DNA of 63,079 nucleotides, filler included, from Globobulimina sp. (Eukaryota): NCBI GenBank assembly GCA_003354225.1. It is 39 parts of 39 records of this genome, joined end to end, with 100 filler letters (N's around TTAATTAATTAA, not from the genome) between each part and the next. Parts side by side here need not be neighbours in the genome. Positions count along the whole stretch, not along the records: positions 59,942 to 61,460 come from PIVH01015402.1; positions 61,561 to 63,079 come from PIVH01015403.1; 37 more parts are not named here. One strand, 5' to 3'. Shown piece by piece: positions 61,317 to 63,079 of this stretch (position 1 is its first letter; each line of letters starts with the position of its first letter). The notes under the pieces were generated by a model. It saw only the letters and a program-made list of their open reading frames with translations, ran no database searches and was not told where the DNA came from. The position numbers and the translations under genes were made by a program.

Positions 61317-61560
61317 AATCCTTTCCAACAACACTGGACAGGTTTTACTCAAAAACTTCTTTCAAGCGTGGATGTGTAAACAATAAATCTAATTTAAGCC
61401 ACAAAATTTAGCAAACGTTGTCAAGTTAAAAGTACATTCGCCGCCAGCAATGATAATATTNNNNNNNNNNNNNNNNNNNNNNNNNNNNNNNNNNNNNNNN
61501 NNNNTTAATTAATTAANNNNNNNNNNNNNNNNNNNNNNNNNNNNNNNNNNNNNNNNNNNN

Positions 61561-62150
61561 ACACCATTATCATTCCTGGCAAAGAGAATTGCTGCGCAGT
61601 GGCAATAGCGGACCAATATAAAATATACCAACCAATATATATCAGTCTGGACAAAAAAAATACAATGACCAAAAAGTATAAAACCTTTGTGATTGCGGTT
61701 GGAATTTGAAGCAATGTATTTTTGAATGTATGACGAAGATTTACAATGAATAATAAGTATAAAAATAATTGACCAAATGACCATGAAATGTATGTTAAGC
61801 ATACAATAAAAACTTGGTAACACAATCCCGACTCTTTGATATCATAATCATCAGTCATTATACTACTAAGAAACATTTGAGATATCAAACATATAATAAA
61901 TGATAATACACTCAAAGTACTCAAATATAATACAGCTTTTATTGATTGACCAGTTCCAATCGTGTTTGGTGAACAAATTCTTAATCCAAATAAATGAACC
62001 ATTATCACCAACATAATTAGCAAAACTACCACTAAACATGATGCAGAAACTACCTCCAAAGGTAATACTTTTTCGTCAAATGATAATTGTATTGTATTAC
62101 CAATAAACATTATTATTATTATTGTACTCAAAACTAGTTTACTAAGAAAA
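61561..62150 (-). CDS. 7TM (GPCR-like) membrane protein fragment
   Basis: Series of hydrophobic helices with the L...LF...L..TF..T motif at the TM3 end; start uncertain. Confidence 0.5.
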
Positions 62151-62168
62151 AGTTCTTTGTTCAAACAT

Positions 62169-62935
62169 ATGGGAAACGTTATACGAGCTGATTCGGAAGA
62201 ACAAAAAGTAAACGCAACAAGGCAAGCAGATGTAATTGCAATCACATTTAACATTTATTACATGCATGCAGACTACAAAACGTTTTTGATTAATGTAAAT
62301 CCGTCGCATACAGTTCAAAATATACTGCATCAATGCAAAAACAGTTTTGATATTTATCCATGTGAACCATTAAAAGAATGCAGACTGATTATAAACGGAG
62401 AGTTACCATCTCCAACCTCGCATATTAGAGCTTTCCTGAGCCCTAAACAGAGCGAAATAAATAGTGTCATGATATGTAAATATGGCAACAGATGGATTAG
62501 ATATAAATGTATAAACTGTGGTTATTACGGCTCCATTGATTATTATTACAGTGGAAACTCAATAAAATATTGCAAAAGGAACAAATATTTATTGTGTAAC
62601 AAATGTATATATATATTACCATCACCAGTGACTCAATTTGCATTGCCATTTGCCAGCAACTCAGTCATTACTTCATTACAGACATCATTGCCAACTGCAA
62701 ATAGTGTTTGTATCGTCTTATCTCAATTAAATATACCTAAAAATGTGATCCATTGTATTATCGGGTATTGTGTTGGTGACATTAATGGTAATATAAATAA
62801 TGGCAAGTATGCGATTTCCAAACAGCATTATTTTTATTGTTTGATTTATAATCCATTTAAACGGTATGATTACGAATGGAGTCCTATTCGGATTGTATCG
62901 CATTGCAATGAGAGTATAGAAATTGTGAGTAGCGA
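62169..62935 (+). CDS. Hypothetical protein with a ubiquitin-like N-terminal region and Cys cluster
   Basis: TFLINVNPSHTVQNI...CRLIINGE resembles a Ubl fold; CINC...C...LCNKC; the 3' end runs into duplicated sequence. Confidence 0.4.
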
Positions 62936-62960
62936 CAGAGAATTGCTGCGCAGTGGCAAT

Positions 62961-63079
62961 ACACCATTATCATTCCTGGCAAAGAGAATTGCTGCGCAGT
63001 GGCAATAGCGGACCAATATAAAATATACCAACCAATATATATCAGTCTGGACAAAAAAAATACAATGACCAAAAAGTAT
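62961..63079 (+). repeat. 119-bp exact direct repeat of the contig start (61561-61679)
   Basis: Identical sequence at both contig termini. Confidence 0.95.

Overview
This window is not one locus. It is 39 unrelated contigs of about 1,519-1,522 bp, ordered by decreasing length and joined by an artificial N44-TTAATTAATTAA-N44 spacer, so adjacency across spacers means nothing. Most contigs are AT-rich eukaryotic nuclear DNA with short (about 60-70 nt) GT-AG introns. Their gene families suggest a foraminiferan/rhizarian protist (inference): SPRY-like proteins with an L..G[FY].....IP..I..LC..FY leader, Cys-rich secreted repeats, ART-fold proteins and divergent actin. Recognisable genes are the complex I 75-kDa subunit, a K+-dependent membrane pyrophosphatase, a Rac GTPase, an ATP9/Neo1 flippase, PP2C, SLC45-like and MFSD1-like transporters, a UBE3A-like AZUL protein, a TKL kinase, START, TLC and ICMT-family proteins, and tRNA-Leu(CAA). 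Several contigs carry abrupt bacterial or animal-like segments and fold-back or circular structures, consistent with an amplified single-cell or metagenomic assembly. The strongest finding is an intron-containing homologue of the prokaryotic COG2403/ArcE (arginine synthetase-type) enzyme with an apparent mitochondrial presequence. Other candidates are a shortened actin-like gene with two in-frame TGA codons, an H-STS-ExE ADP-ribosyltransferase-fold protein, a Zisupton/KDZ-like transposase, a Polinton-type zinc-finger gene beside a tRNA, and a palindrome family confined to introns. All family calls come from motif recognition by eye; no database searches were run.
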